A model generated the notes under the pieces. The model was given only the letters and a program-made list of their open reading frames with translations, made no database searches and was not told the DNA's origin. DNA of 64,000 nt from an uncultured Syntrophaceae bacterium (GTDB lineage: Bacteria; Desulfobacterota; Syntrophia; Syntrophales; UBA6807), in NCBI GenBank assembly GCA_964523565.1, contig CAZGAK010000006.1:4589-68588 (forward strand). Direction: 5' to 3'. How positions within the stretch are numbered: position 1 is the first letter of the stretch; each line of letters starts with the position of its first letter. The position numbers and the translations under genes are program-made. Positions 18,800 to 28,679 of this stretch are shown here, piece by piece.

Positions 18800-20096
18800 T
18801 TTCCCCTCCGAGCACCCTGATAAATATGTAATTCACATGAGTTAAAAAATTCTCCACCCTGAATGTACCTTCAATATCCTCCGGACTCAAATATGACATA
18901 ACTTCACTATCACCAAGGAGCAACTGTTTAAATTCAAGTCCCTCTTCCCACGATTTCATCGCATTTCTCTGTACAATGGTATAGGCGTTTTCCCTGGAGA
19001 TTCCCTTTTCGATCAACTTCAGCAAAACCATTTGAGAAAAGACCAGTCCTCTGGTCATGTTGAGATTCGAAATCATTCTCTCAGGATAAACAGTAAGATT
19101 GTCTATCATCCCGATAAACCTGTTAAGCATAAAATCAAGCAGTATCGTGGCGTCAGGAGCGATGACTCTCTCAACGGATGAGTGGCTGATGTCCCTCTCA
19201 TGCCAGAGAGCAACATCCTCCAGTGAAGTCAGGGCATACGATCTCATCAGGCGTGCGAGACCGGAGAGGTTTTCAGAAAGAACGGGATTACGCTTGTGCG
19301 GCATGGCCGATGAACCCTTCTGGCCGGGAGAGAAGAATTCTTCTACCTCCCTAACCTCAGTCCTCTGAAGCAGCCTGATCTCTGTGGCAAATTTATCAAT
19401 AGAAGATGCAATGATTGCCAGTGTTGAAAAAAACTCAGCGTGCCTGTCCCTTTGAATAACCTGTGTAGAAACAGGGGCGGGTTTAAATCCCAGCCTGCCG
19501 CATACATATTCCTCGACCATTGGATCTACAAAGGAAAAGGTTCCCACGGCCCCTGATATTTTACCATAGCTGATAGCTTCTTTTGCTCTTAACATTCTTT
19601 CCCTGTTTCTTTCCATTTCCTGATACCAGAGGGCCATCTTCAAACCGAATGTAATTGGCTCGGCATGTATCCCGTGGGACCTCCCGATCATTAAGGTATC
19701 CTTATACTGAAAGGCCTTTTTTCTCAGGACGATCAATAGTTTCTCTATGTCATGGATAAGGAGTTCAGCGGCTTCTTTTAAGAGAACGGCAAGTGAGGTA
19801 TCGAGAACATCCGAAGACGTCAGTCCCATATGGATATATCTCGCATCCTCGCCTACCCTTTCCGAAACCGAGGTCAGAAAAGCGATGACATCATGCTTTA
19901 CCGTTTTTTCTATCTCTTCAATCCTTGCTATATCAAAACCGGCCTTCTCTGTTATGTTGTTGAAAGAATGAATGGGAATTTTCCCCATACTGGCAAGGGC
20001 TTCACACGCAAGCAGTTCGATATCAAGCCATTTCTGATATATGTTTTCCTGGCTCCATATGGAAGCCATCTCTCTTCTCGAATATCTTGGAATCAA
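18741..20096 (-). CDS. purB: Adenylosuccinate lyase
   Basis: KHDV, TSSDVLDT, GRSHG, GSSAMPHKRNP and HERDISHSS. Confidence 0.97.
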   Translation of the reverse strand: MIPRYSRREMASIWSQENIYQKWLDIELLACEALASMGKIPIHSFNNITEKAGFDIARIEEIEKTVKHDVIAFLTSVSERVGEDARYIHMGLTSSDVLDTSLAVLLKEAAELLIHDIEKLLIVLRKKAFQYKDTLMIGRSHGIHAEPITFGLKMALWYQEMERNRERMLRAKEAISYGKISGAVGTFSFVDPMVEEYVCGRLGFKPAPVSTQVIQRDRHAEFFSTLAIIASSIDKFATEIRLLQRTEVREVEEFFSPGQKGSSAMPHKRNPVLSENLSGLARLMRSYALTSLEDVALWHERDISHSSVERVIAPDATILLDFMLNRFIGMIDNLTVYPERMISNLNMTRGLVFSQMVLLKLIEKGISRENAYTIVQRNAMKSWEEGLEFKQLLLGDSEVMSYLSPEDIEGTFRVENFLTHVNYIFIRVLGGENEEESMGSFINSLDDLSCL

Positions 20097-20290
20097 TTCA
20101 ATTCTCCTTACACAGTTATTCAGTGTTCTGCGTTTATGTTTTTTAATTCAAAATTAAAAATTGCAGTAATGCTATTACGGGAGAAAAAGTGAGTCAAGAA
20201 ATTTTAACTATCTGATTATTCAAAACAGTATCCTTGCATTAAATAATTTACGTTACCAGCAAAATTTTTCTTGTAATAAAAGAGATTTTA

Positions 20291-20337
20291 TGGCTATATA
20301 TAGTATCGTCACAGCAAACACATACAACATATTGTGG
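20291..20337. promoter_or_regulatory. Tandem NrdR boxes
   Basis: Cores CTATATATAG (20294) and CAACATATTG (20325) fit CwAyATaTwG, 31 bp apart, upstream of nrdD. Confidence 0.85.
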
Positions 20338-20375
20338 TATTTTATCACATTTTAGGCGTTAAGTGGAGGAATGTT

Positions 20376-22466
20376 ATGCACAAAAAAATAAGAAAAAGGG
20401 ATGGCCGATATGTCAAATTTAACGCTTCCAAGATAACAGACGCCATAGCAAAAGCAGGAGCAGCAACCGGCGAATTGGAAAGCGACGGCGCCCTGAAATT
20501 AACAATAAAAGCTCTGAATCTTGCCGAGAAGTTGTTTGACGACAAGATAATGACCGTAGAAGAAGTCCAGGACATCGTTGAGGAAGTCCTCTTATCCTCC
20601 CCATATCGCAAGACGGCCAAGGCATATATTATTTATAGAGATCAACACGCCAGATTAAGGGAAATTACGAATAAAATGGAAGTTGATCTTGTGGATCAAT
20701 ATTTGAAAAAAACGGACTGGAAAATCAACGAAAACAGCAACATGGATTATTCTCTCCAGGGATTGAACAACTATATCTCTTCTGAAGTCAGCAAGGTTTA
20801 CTGGCTCAACGAAATCTATCCCCCCGAAATAAAGAAGGCCCAGACTGAAGGCGACTTTCACATTCATGATCTCAGTCTCCTCTCCGTCTATTGTGTGGGT
20901 TGGGATTTATTCGACCTGCTTATTGAGGGGTTCAAAGGAGTATCCGGCAAAGTGGAAAGCAAACCGGCAAAGCATCTCCGGAGCGCGCTGGGACAGGTCG
21001 TAAACTTCTTTTATACACTCCAGGGAGAGGCGGCAGGCGCCCAGGCCTTCTCAAACTTTGACACCCTTATGGCCCCGTTTATACGGTACGACAACCTGAG
21101 TTTTAATGATGTAAAGCAGGCTCTGCAAGAGTTTATCTTTAATATAAATGTTCCCACACGGGTTGGCTTTCAGACGCCCTTTACTAATGTTACCCTTGAT
21201 GTAACGGTACCCGCATATTACGCTAAGCAAAATATCATTATCGGCGGGAAACCTATGAAGGAAACTTATCAAGAGTTTCAAAAAGAAATGGATACGTTCA
21301 ACAGCGCCTTTTTGGAAGTCATGTCTGAGGGCGATGCAAAAGGAAGGGTTTTTACATTTCCCATTCCAACATATAACATAACGAAAGCCTTCGACTGGGA
21401 TAATCCTAACCTTAACCACTTATGGGAAATGACATCCAAATATGGCGTACCCTACTTTTCGAATTTTATAAATTCCGACATGGATCCCGAAGATGCGCGG
21501 AGCATGTGCTGCCGATTGCGAATAGATAACAGGGAACTGGAAATGAGAGGAGGAGGCCTTTTCGGCTCCAATCCCCTCACGGGATCAATCGGAGTAGTCA
21601 CACTCAACCTGCCCAGAATCGGTTATCTTTCCAAAACGGAAGGCGAATTTATGGAGCAGTTGAGCAAGCTCATGACCCTGGCAAAAGACAGCCTCGAAAT
21701 TAAGAGAAAAGCCCTGGAAAGATACACCGATGGAGATCTTTATCCGTATACAAAATACTATCTGCGAAGCGTAAAAGATCGTTTTGGTGAGTACTGGAAG
21801 AATCATTTCTCAACGATTGGTCTTGTAGGTATGAATGAGGCCTGTCTGAATTTCATGGGCAAGAATATAGCCGACCCGGAAGGTCATGAATTCACCAGGA
21901 AAGTGCTTGATTTTATGCGGCGTGAATTACTCAGATACCAGCGGGAAACAGGAAATAATTACAACCTTGAAGCAACGCCTGCTGAAGGAACATCATACAG
22001 CCTGGCGAGAGCTGACAGGAAAAAATACGCCGATATTATCTGTGCCAATGTCAACGGTGACGGAGGAGAAAACGTCAATCCCTTCTATACCAACTCTACC
22101 CAGCTTCCCGTTAATTATACGGATGACATCTTTGAAGCCCTGGATCTGCAGGATGAAATCCAGACACGATACACGGGAGGAACGGTTTTTCATATCTACG
22201 CCGGTGAGCGAATCGCAAATCCTTCCGCTGTTAAGGTATTGGTGCGCAAGATCAGTGAAAAATACCACCTCCCCTATTTTACTTTCAGCCCCACGTTCAG
22301 CATCTGCCCGAACCATGGGTACATAAAAGGGGAAACAGAAAAATGCCCGGAATGTAATGAGCACTGTGAAATTTATTCCCGTGTTGTTGGTTACCTGCGC
22401 CCGGTAAACCAGTGGAATAAGGGGAAAAAGGAAGAATTCAAAATGAGACAGGTGTTTACAGTATAA
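20376..22466 (+). CDS. nrdD: Anaerobic (class III) ribonucleoside-triphosphate reductase with ATP cone
   Basis: IRKRDG ATP cone, HIHDL, SMCCRL, Zn site CPNHG/CPEC and glycyl-radical motif RVVGYL; GGAGG RBS. Confidence 0.95.
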   Translation: MHKKIRKRDGRYVKFNASKITDAIAKAGAATGELESDGALKLTIKALNLAEKLFDDKIMTVEEVQDIVEEVLLSSPYRKTAKAYIIYRDQHARLREITNKMEVDLVDQYLKKTDWKINENSNMDYSLQGLNNYISSEVSKVYWLNEIYPPEIKKAQTEGDFHIHDLSLLSVYCVGWDLFDLLIEGFKGVSGKVESKPAKHLRSALGQVVNFFYTLQGEAAGAQAFSNFDTLMAPFIRYDNLSFNDVKQALQEFIFNINVPTRVGFQTPFTNVTLDVTVPAYYAKQNIIIGGKPMKETYQEFQKEMDTFNSAFLEVMSEGDAKGRVFTFPIPTYNITKAFDWDNPNLNHLWEMTSKYGVPYFSNFINSDMDPEDARSMCCRLRIDNRELEMRGGGLFGSNPLTGSIGVVTLNLPRIGYLSKTEGEFMEQLSKLMTLAKDSLEIKRKALERYTDGDLYPYTKYYLRSVKDRFGEYWKNHFSTIGLVGMNEACLNFMGKNIADPEGHEFTRKVLDFMRRELLRYQRETGNNYNLEATPAEGTSYSLARADRKKYADIICANVNGDGGENVNPFYTNSTQLPVNYTDDIFEALDLQDEIQTRYTGGTVFHIYAGERIANPSAVKVLVRKISEKYHLPYFTFSPTFSICPNHGYIKGETEKCPECNEHCEIYSRVVGYLRPVNQWNKGKKEEFKMRQVFTV

Positions 22467-23159
22467 ATGATGAAAATCGGGGGCCTGCAAAAATTTTCCT
22501 TGATAGATTATCCGGAAAAAATATGTGCCATTGTATTTACACAGGGATGCAATTTCAGGTGCCCCTATTGTCACAACCCGGAATTATCAAACCCTGATCT
22601 TTACGAGAATTGCATCCCCGAGGAGGAGATATTTTCCTTTCTGGAAAAACGAAAAGGGAAACTTGATGCCGTCAGCATTACAGGAGGTGAACCAACCCTA
22701 CAGCCCGATCTCGTTGACTTTATTAAAAAAATAAAAGCGATGGGTTATTTTGTCAAGATAGACTCAAACGGATCACACCCTGAAGTCCTGAAAACACTGA
22801 TCGAAGACAAACTCATCGATTACCTCGCGGTGGACGTAAAGGCACCACCGGAAAAATACCGGAAGATTACCAGAGCTAAAACTAATCCTGATCTAATCAA
22901 ACAGAGTATCGACCTGATTAAAAAATCCAACATACCGCACGAGTTTCGCACAACCGTTGTAAAATCTCAATTAAACGAAAATGATTTAATAACAATCAGC
23001 AAGCTTGTAAAAAATGCCGAGCTCTACGTCTTGCAGAAGTTCGTCCCTTCCAAGACGATGGACCCGAAATTTATGAATAAAAAAACTTATTCCGATGAGG
23101 AATTTGACAAACTCAAGAAAAAAATTGAAAAAAATGTCCGGTCCGTTGTCGTGAGATAG
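22467..23159 (+). CDS. nrdG: Anaerobic RNR activating radical SAM protein
   Basis: SLIDYP, CNFRCPYC and TGGEP; directly after nrdD. Confidence 0.93.
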   Translation: MMKIGGLQKFSLIDYPEKICAIVFTQGCNFRCPYCHNPELSNPDLYENCIPEEEIFSFLEKRKGKLDAVSITGGEPTLQPDLVDFIKKIKAMGYFVKIDSNGSHPEVLKTLIEDKLIDYLAVDVKAPPEKYRKITRAKTNPDLIKQSIDLIKKSNIPHEFRTTVVKSQLNENDLITISKLVKNAELYVLQKFVPSKTMDPKFMNKKTYSDEEFDKLKKKIEKNVRSVVVR

Positions 23160-23218
23160 GTTGATAACTTCCTTGTCCCCGATAATCATCCCAAAAGCCC
23201 TTCCCAAAAAAATTCGGG

Positions 23219-23247
23219 TTGACACAAGCGTGTAACTCACCTATACT
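23219..23247 (+). promoter_or_regulatory. Sigma70 promoter of carB
   Basis: TTGACA-N17-TATACT. Confidence 0.75.
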
Positions 23248-23327
23248 CCAGCGGTTTAAAAACGGAACCTTACAGTAAAATCCCATTTCGAAAACATCCT
23301 AATTTTAATAATAAAAGGTAGATACAT

Positions 23328-26300
23328 ATGCCCGCACGAAAAGATATTAAAAAAGTAATGATTATAGGATCCGGCCCTATTATTATTGGTCAGGCTTGCG
23401 AATTTGATTATTCCGGCACGCAGGCATGCAAGGCTCTTAAAAATCTTGGATATGAAGTCGTCCTCGTTAATTCAAATCCGGCTACTATTATGACCGATCC
23501 CGGTATGGCTGACTCGACCTATATTGAACCACTCAATTTCCGGTGTTTGACGGAAATTATAAAAAAGGAACGTCCTGATGCGATCCTTCCCAACCTGGGC
23601 GGTCAGACCGGCCTGAACCTTACCTCTGAGCTTAACCGGGCCGGAGTTCTCGACGAATACGGTGTCAAGGTCCTTGGTGTGACTGTCGATGCCATTGAGC
23701 GTGGTGAAGACAGAATTGCATTTAAAAATACAATGGATCAGCTCGGCATCGAGATGCCACGGAGTGAACCGGCATACAGTGTCGAAGAGGCTGAAAAAAT
23801 AGCCGAAGAACTCGGTTATCCCGTTGTCATCAGACCCGCGTACACAATGGGGGGAACGGGAGGAGGCCTTGTATATAACAAGGAAGAACTCCAGACTGTT
23901 GCCGGCCGTGGAATATCCGCCAGTCTCATCGGACAGATACTGATTGAAGAATCTGTCCTTGGATGGGAAGAACTTGAACTTGAAGTCGTTCGAGACTCCA
24001 AGAATCAGATGATTACCGTATGCTTTATTGAAAACGTCGATGCTATGGGAGTTCACACGGGAGACTCTTTCTGCACAGCGCCCATGCTCACAATTTCTCC
24101 TGAACTCCAGGAACGTCTTCAAAAATACTCTTACGCCATTGTCGAAGCTATTGAGGTCATTGGCGGAACAAACACCCAATTTGCCCATGATCCTAAAACG
24201 GGAAGGGTTGTCGTTATTGAAATTAACCCGAGAACGTCTCGTTCCTCAGCATTGGCTTCAAAAGCAACAGGTTTCCCGATTGCCCTTATTTCTTCTCTTC
24301 TGGCAGCCGGTCTTACCCTGGATGAAATACCGTACTGGAGAGAAGGCACATTAGACAAGTATAAACCGTCTGGTGACTATGTCGTTGTTAAATTTGCCCG
24401 GTGGGCCTTTGAAAAGTTCGAAGGCTCCTATGATATGCTTGGAACACAGATGCGGGCCGTCGGCGAAGTCATGAGCATTGGCAAAACTTACAAAGAAGCT
24501 CTTCAGAAGGCAATTCGATCACTTGAAATCAATCGCTACGGCCTCGGATTTGCGAAGGACTTTCATGAAAAACATCTCGAAGATCTGATGGGACTTCTGG
24601 CCAGGCCAACGAGTGAAAGACAATTCATCATGTATGAAGCCCTCCGCAAGGGTGCAACCGTTGATGACCTCCATAAAAAGACCCACATCAAATCGTGGTT
24701 TATTGAACAGATGAAGGAGCTCGTCGAACTGGAGGGGGAAATCCTCAAATATAAAGGGGAAACGCTGCCCGATGATCTATTGATTCAGGCAAAAAAAGAT
24801 GGCTTTGCCGACCGTTATCTTTCACAGATCCTGAACATTCCGGAAAAAGACGTCAGGGAACGACGCAAATCGTTAGGTGTTGTCCAGGGGTGGGAACCGG
24901 TTCCGGTTAGCGGTGTAGAAAATGCGGCATATTATTTTTCCACCTATAACGCCCCCGACCAGGTTGAAACGTCAGGCAGAAAGAAGATTATTGTTCTCGG
25001 TGGAGGTCCAAACCGGATCGGTCAGGGCATAGAATTCGATTATTGTTGCGTTCACGCTGCCTTTACACTCAGGGATGAAGGCTATGAATCGATTATGATT
25101 AATTGTAATCCCGAAACTGTCTCGACGGATTACGATACATCCGACAGGCTCTATTTTGAACCCCTTACGGTTGAAGACGTTCTAAGTATCTATGAAAAGG
25201 AAAAACCTGAAGGTGTTATTGTTCAATTTGGAGGACAAACACCCCTTAATATTGCGAATGAGCTGGCTGGGGCCGGCGTCAAAATCCTCGGCACCTCGCC
25301 TGAAATGATAGATCTGGCAGAAGACAGGGATCAGTTCCGAAAAATGATGGATAAACTCGGAATTCCCGAACCTGAATCCGGAATGGCAAGCACGTTCCAG
25401 GAAGCCCTCGATATAGCAAAGAAGATAGGTTACCCTCTGATGGTACGACCATCGTATGTTCTGGGTGGACGCGGTATGGAGGTGATCTATGACGAGGTGA
25501 TGTTAAAACATTACATCGCCGCTGCTGTTGACGTAACACCTGAAAGACCGATACTGATCGATAAATTTCTGGAAAATGCAATTGAAGCCGAAGCTGACGC
25601 CATATCAGACGGTACCGATGCCTTTGTTCCCGCTGTCATGGAACACATCGAGCTTGCCGGTGTTCACTCCGGTGATTCTGCCTGTGTCATTCCATCCATA
25701 AGTATTCCGGCACGTCATGTCGATACCATAAACGAGTATACAAAAAAGATAGCAGTGGAACTAAAAGTATCGGGACTCATGAATATCCAGTACGCCATCG
25801 CGGATGATATTGTTTATGTCCTCGAGGCTAATCCCCGTGCCTCACGGACCGTTCCGCTTGTTTCAAAGGTTTGTAACATCTCCATGGCACGAATAGCAAC
25901 ACAGCTGATGCTCGGCAAAAAACTCCCGGATCTTAACCTGAAATCCAGAGATTTTCCCCACTTCGGCGTCAAAGAAGCAGTGTTCCCCTTTAACATGTTC
26001 CCCGAAGTTGATCCGCTTCTGGGACCGGAAATGCGATCAACAGGCGAGGTTCTCGGATTAGCGGATTCTTTCGGTCTTGCCTTCTTCAAGTCTCAAGAAG
26101 CAGCTCAACAGGCTCTGCCATCAAAAGGCACGGTATTGATAACAATATCTGACCCCGACAAGGCAGCTATTTTAGAAGTCGCCAAGGCCTTTAGTGAGCT
26201 TGGCTTTAATATCAAAGCCACGAAGGGCACTAAAGATTTTCTTGCCGGACATGGAATTAAAACAGAGCGGACACTTAAAATGCATGAAGGACGACCCAAC

Positions 26301-26528
26301 ATTGTGGATGCGATAAAAAATAAAGAAATTACCCTGGTCATCAATACACCAAGCGGCAAACTGAGCCAGCACGATGATTCGTACATACGGAAAGCGGCTA
26401 TCAAATATAAAATCCCGTATATTACAACAACAGCCGCGGCAGTTGCCGCAGCAAAGGGCATAGCGGCCATACGGGAAGGTCACGGAGGAGTAAAATCCCT
26501 TCAGAATTACCATGCAGACATTCGCTGA
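23328..26528 (+). CDS. carB: Carbamoyl-phosphate synthase large subunit
   Basis: IGSGPIIIGQACEFDYSG, duplicated ATP-grasp halves (GVHTGDS/GVHSGDS) and C-terminal MGS domain. Confidence 0.97.
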   Translation: MPARKDIKKVMIIGSGPIIIGQACEFDYSGTQACKALKNLGYEVVLVNSNPATIMTDPGMADSTYIEPLNFRCLTEIIKKERPDAILPNLGGQTGLNLTSELNRAGVLDEYGVKVLGVTVDAIERGEDRIAFKNTMDQLGIEMPRSEPAYSVEEAEKIAEELGYPVVIRPAYTMGGTGGGLVYNKEELQTVAGRGISASLIGQILIEESVLGWEELELEVVRDSKNQMITVCFIENVDAMGVHTGDSFCTAPMLTISPELQERLQKYSYAIVEAIEVIGGTNTQFAHDPKTGRVVVIEINPRTSRSSALASKATGFPIALISSLLAAGLTLDEIPYWREGTLDKYKPSGDYVVVKFARWAFEKFEGSYDMLGTQMRAVGEVMSIGKTYKEALQKAIRSLEINRYGLGFAKDFHEKHLEDLMGLLARPTSERQFIMYEALRKGATVDDLHKKTHIKSWFIEQMKELVELEGEILKYKGETLPDDLLIQAKKDGFADRYLSQILNIPEKDVRERRKSLGVVQGWEPVPVSGVENAAYYFSTYNAPDQVETSGRKKIIVLGGGPNRIGQGIEFDYCCVHAAFTLRDEGYESIMINCNPETVSTDYDTSDRLYFEPLTVEDVLSIYEKEKPEGVIVQFGGQTPLNIANELAGAGVKILGTSPEMIDLAEDRDQFRKMMDKLGIPEPESGMASTFQEALDIAKKIGYPLMVRPSYVLGGRGMEVIYDEVMLKHYIAAAVDVTPERPILIDKFLENAIEAEADAISDGTDAFVPAVMEHIELAGVHSGDSACVIPSISIPARHVDTINEYTKKIAVELKVSGLMNIQYAIADDIVYVLEANPRASRTVPLVSKVCNISMARIATQLMLGKKLPDLNLKSRDFPHFGVKEAVFPFNMFPEVDPLLGPEMRSTGEVLGLADSFGLAFFKSQEAAQQALPSKGTVLITISDPDKAAILEVAKAFSELGFNIKATKGTKDFLAGHGIKTERTLKMHEGRPNIVDAIKNKEITLVINTPSGKLSQHDDSYIRKAAIKYKIPYITTTAAAVAAAKGIAAIREGHGGVKSLQNYHADIR

Positions 26529-26538
26529 GAGGCATGCC

Positions 26539-27996
26539 ATGAAATCTATACAAGAAAACTGCGGCATTTTCGGTCTTTATGCTCAAAAGGAATGTGTTTA
26601 TGACATTTACCAGGGGATTGACTTCCTGCAACACAGAGGACAGGAATACTGCGGCATATCCACATACAATCAGGAAATAGATCGGATAAAACAGATTGAT
26701 TTCCTCGAACAGCAGAATGAGGAACATGACAGTGACCTGTCCTTCGGTAAAGAAATCAATCATGTCACCCATCACGGCAAGGTTATTGATACTTTCACTG
26801 ACGAAGAATTGCGAATTTTGAAGGGATACTGGGGTATCGGCCATGTCAGTCTCTGGGAACGGCAACCGATGAAGTGGCAAACGGGGCACGGAGAAATTGC
26901 CGTCGCCTTCAGTGGTAATGTTATAAACGCCGATGAACTGATGCAAGAAATGATGGATCGCGGCAAGTCGTTCTACAAAAGCTATGATATAGAAACAATC
27001 TCAAAAATTATCATCGAAGAACCGGATACAGTCAGTGGCATAAAGGCCCTTGCTAAAAAAGTCAAGGGCGCTTATTCTCTTGTCGTTCTATCCAAAGACG
27101 GAATTTATGCAACACGAGACATTTATGGATTTCGCCCGCTTATGCTTGGTAAAGATACCGAGCGCTATGCGGTAAGTTCAGAATCCCGTGCTATTCAAAA
27201 TCTTGGCATGGAAAATGTGCGGGATATTGGCCCCGGTGAAATAGTCCTGATTAATGACAGGGGATTTCAAACTGTGGGACAGGCCCACTCTCCCCGGAAG
27301 GCTCATTGTGCCTTTGAATGGGCCTACACTGCAAGTATTGATTCCGTAATCGATGGTGTCCACGTACAGGAAGCACGTAATAATATGGGTGCACAGCTCG
27401 CACAGCGAGATATCGATGAAGGCGGTTTAGGTGCCGATCTTGTAGCGCCGGTTCCCCTGTCGGGAATTGGTCATGCACTCGGATACCATCAGCGTTCCAA
27501 AATTGATTACCAGGAAGTGTTTCTCTATCATCGCTACGCTGATCGCAGTTACATGCAGGCAACCCAGATTGCCCGTGAGAAAATGGCAAAACGCAAGCTG
27601 TCTGTGCTTCATTACGCCGTCAAAGGAAAAAGCATCGTCCTCTGCGATGACTCTATTGTGCGGGGAACACAGATCATGAACAAGGTAAGAGATTTGAAGA
27701 ACGCCGGCGCCAAGAGTGTACACGTACGTATTGCCTGTCCGCCACTGATGTACCCCTGCGATTTTGGCGTCTCGACACGATCCCATGATGAACTGATCGC
27801 CCGTCAATTAATAAACACAGGTGATATTACATCTATGGACCAATTGTTAGAGATTGAAACGTGGATCGCAAATCAGATCGGTGCAGATTCTGTCAAATTC
27901 AACACCATGGATGCTTTTGTTTCGGCCCTGATGATTCCCAGAAAAGAGCTCTGTTTACGATGTTTTGATGGCATTAATCCCCTCGAAGACCGGTAA
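26539..27996 (+). CDS. purF: Amidophosphoribosyltransferase-like protein (atypical glutaminase domain)
   Basis: Propeptide then CGIFG, LQHRGQE, PRPP loop LCDDSIVRGT and Fe-S cysteines (CAFE, YPCDFG, CLRC). Confidence 0.75.
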   Translation: MKSIQENCGIFGLYAQKECVYDIYQGIDFLQHRGQEYCGISTYNQEIDRIKQIDFLEQQNEEHDSDLSFGKEINHVTHHGKVIDTFTDEELRILKGYWGIGHVSLWERQPMKWQTGHGEIAVAFSGNVINADELMQEMMDRGKSFYKSYDIETISKIIIEEPDTVSGIKALAKKVKGAYSLVVLSKDGIYATRDIYGFRPLMLGKDTERYAVSSESRAIQNLGMENVRDIGPGEIVLINDRGFQTVGQAHSPRKAHCAFEWAYTASIDSVIDGVHVQEARNNMGAQLAQRDIDEGGLGADLVAPVPLSGIGHALGYHQRSKIDYQEVFLYHRYADRSYMQATQIAREKMAKRKLSVLHYAVKGKSIVLCDDSIVRGTQIMNKVRDLKNAGAKSVHVRIACPPLMYPCDFGVSTRSHDELIARQLINTGDITSMDQLLEIETWIANQIGADSVKFNTMDAFVSALMIPRKELCLRCFDGINPLEDR

Positions 27997-28073
27997 CACC
28001 TCTATTACGCACGGGGACCGTATATCAATGCCTTTGAGAGGTTCAGGGTCATCACGAGACTTTTGAAAAATGT

Positions 28074-28493
28074 TCAATTACCAGAAACCTGACCTGTGAT
28101 ACGCCTCGTCCTCGGCCGATTATCAAAATCAAGAAGAATGATCTGCTGCCATGTGCCCAATGTCATGTGACCATCCACAACGGGTACTGTAAGAGATGGA
28201 CCGAGAAGGGCTGCCCTTACGTGGGAGTATCCGTTTCCATCACCCCATCGTGCATCATGACTATAATAAATATCCCGCGGTGCAATCCTCTCAATTGCCT
28301 CTCTTAAATCATCAATTACACCGCTTTCATATTCTATCGTTGTTAATGATGCCGTTGACCCGGGAATGAAGAGCAGTACATGTCCCTCAGATATACCGGA
28401 TTCGGCAATTTTTTTCATAACCGTGCCTGTAATGTCCACAATGTCCGTATCGCCTGTTGTAGAAAGAGAAAAAGAGAAATTTGAAATTTTCAT
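28074..28493 (-). CDS. yjbQ: YjbQ/UPF0047 family protein
   Basis: GNGYSHVRA and LGTWQ...DFDNRPR; AAAGGAGA RBS before ATG 28493. Confidence 0.88.
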   Translation of the reverse strand: MKISNFSFSLSTTGDTDIVDITGTVMKKIAESGISEGHVLLFIPGSTASLTTIEYESGVIDDLREAIERIAPRDIYYSHDARWGDGNGYSHVRAALLGPSLTVPVVDGHMTLGTWQQIILLDFDNRPRTRRITGQVSGN

Positions 28494-28679
28494 GAGATTG
28501 TCTCCTTTGCTGGTCATTTAAAATCTGAGAATGCTAACACAGGCTTATTCAATATTCAATGATACATGCGTCGATAAAAAATCAATCTTGCCATTGCTCT
28601 CAATATCTGGTAGCTATAATCACTCTTGTACGAAAATCATAAAACACAGGATATTCAATAAAATAGAGGCAATATTATT

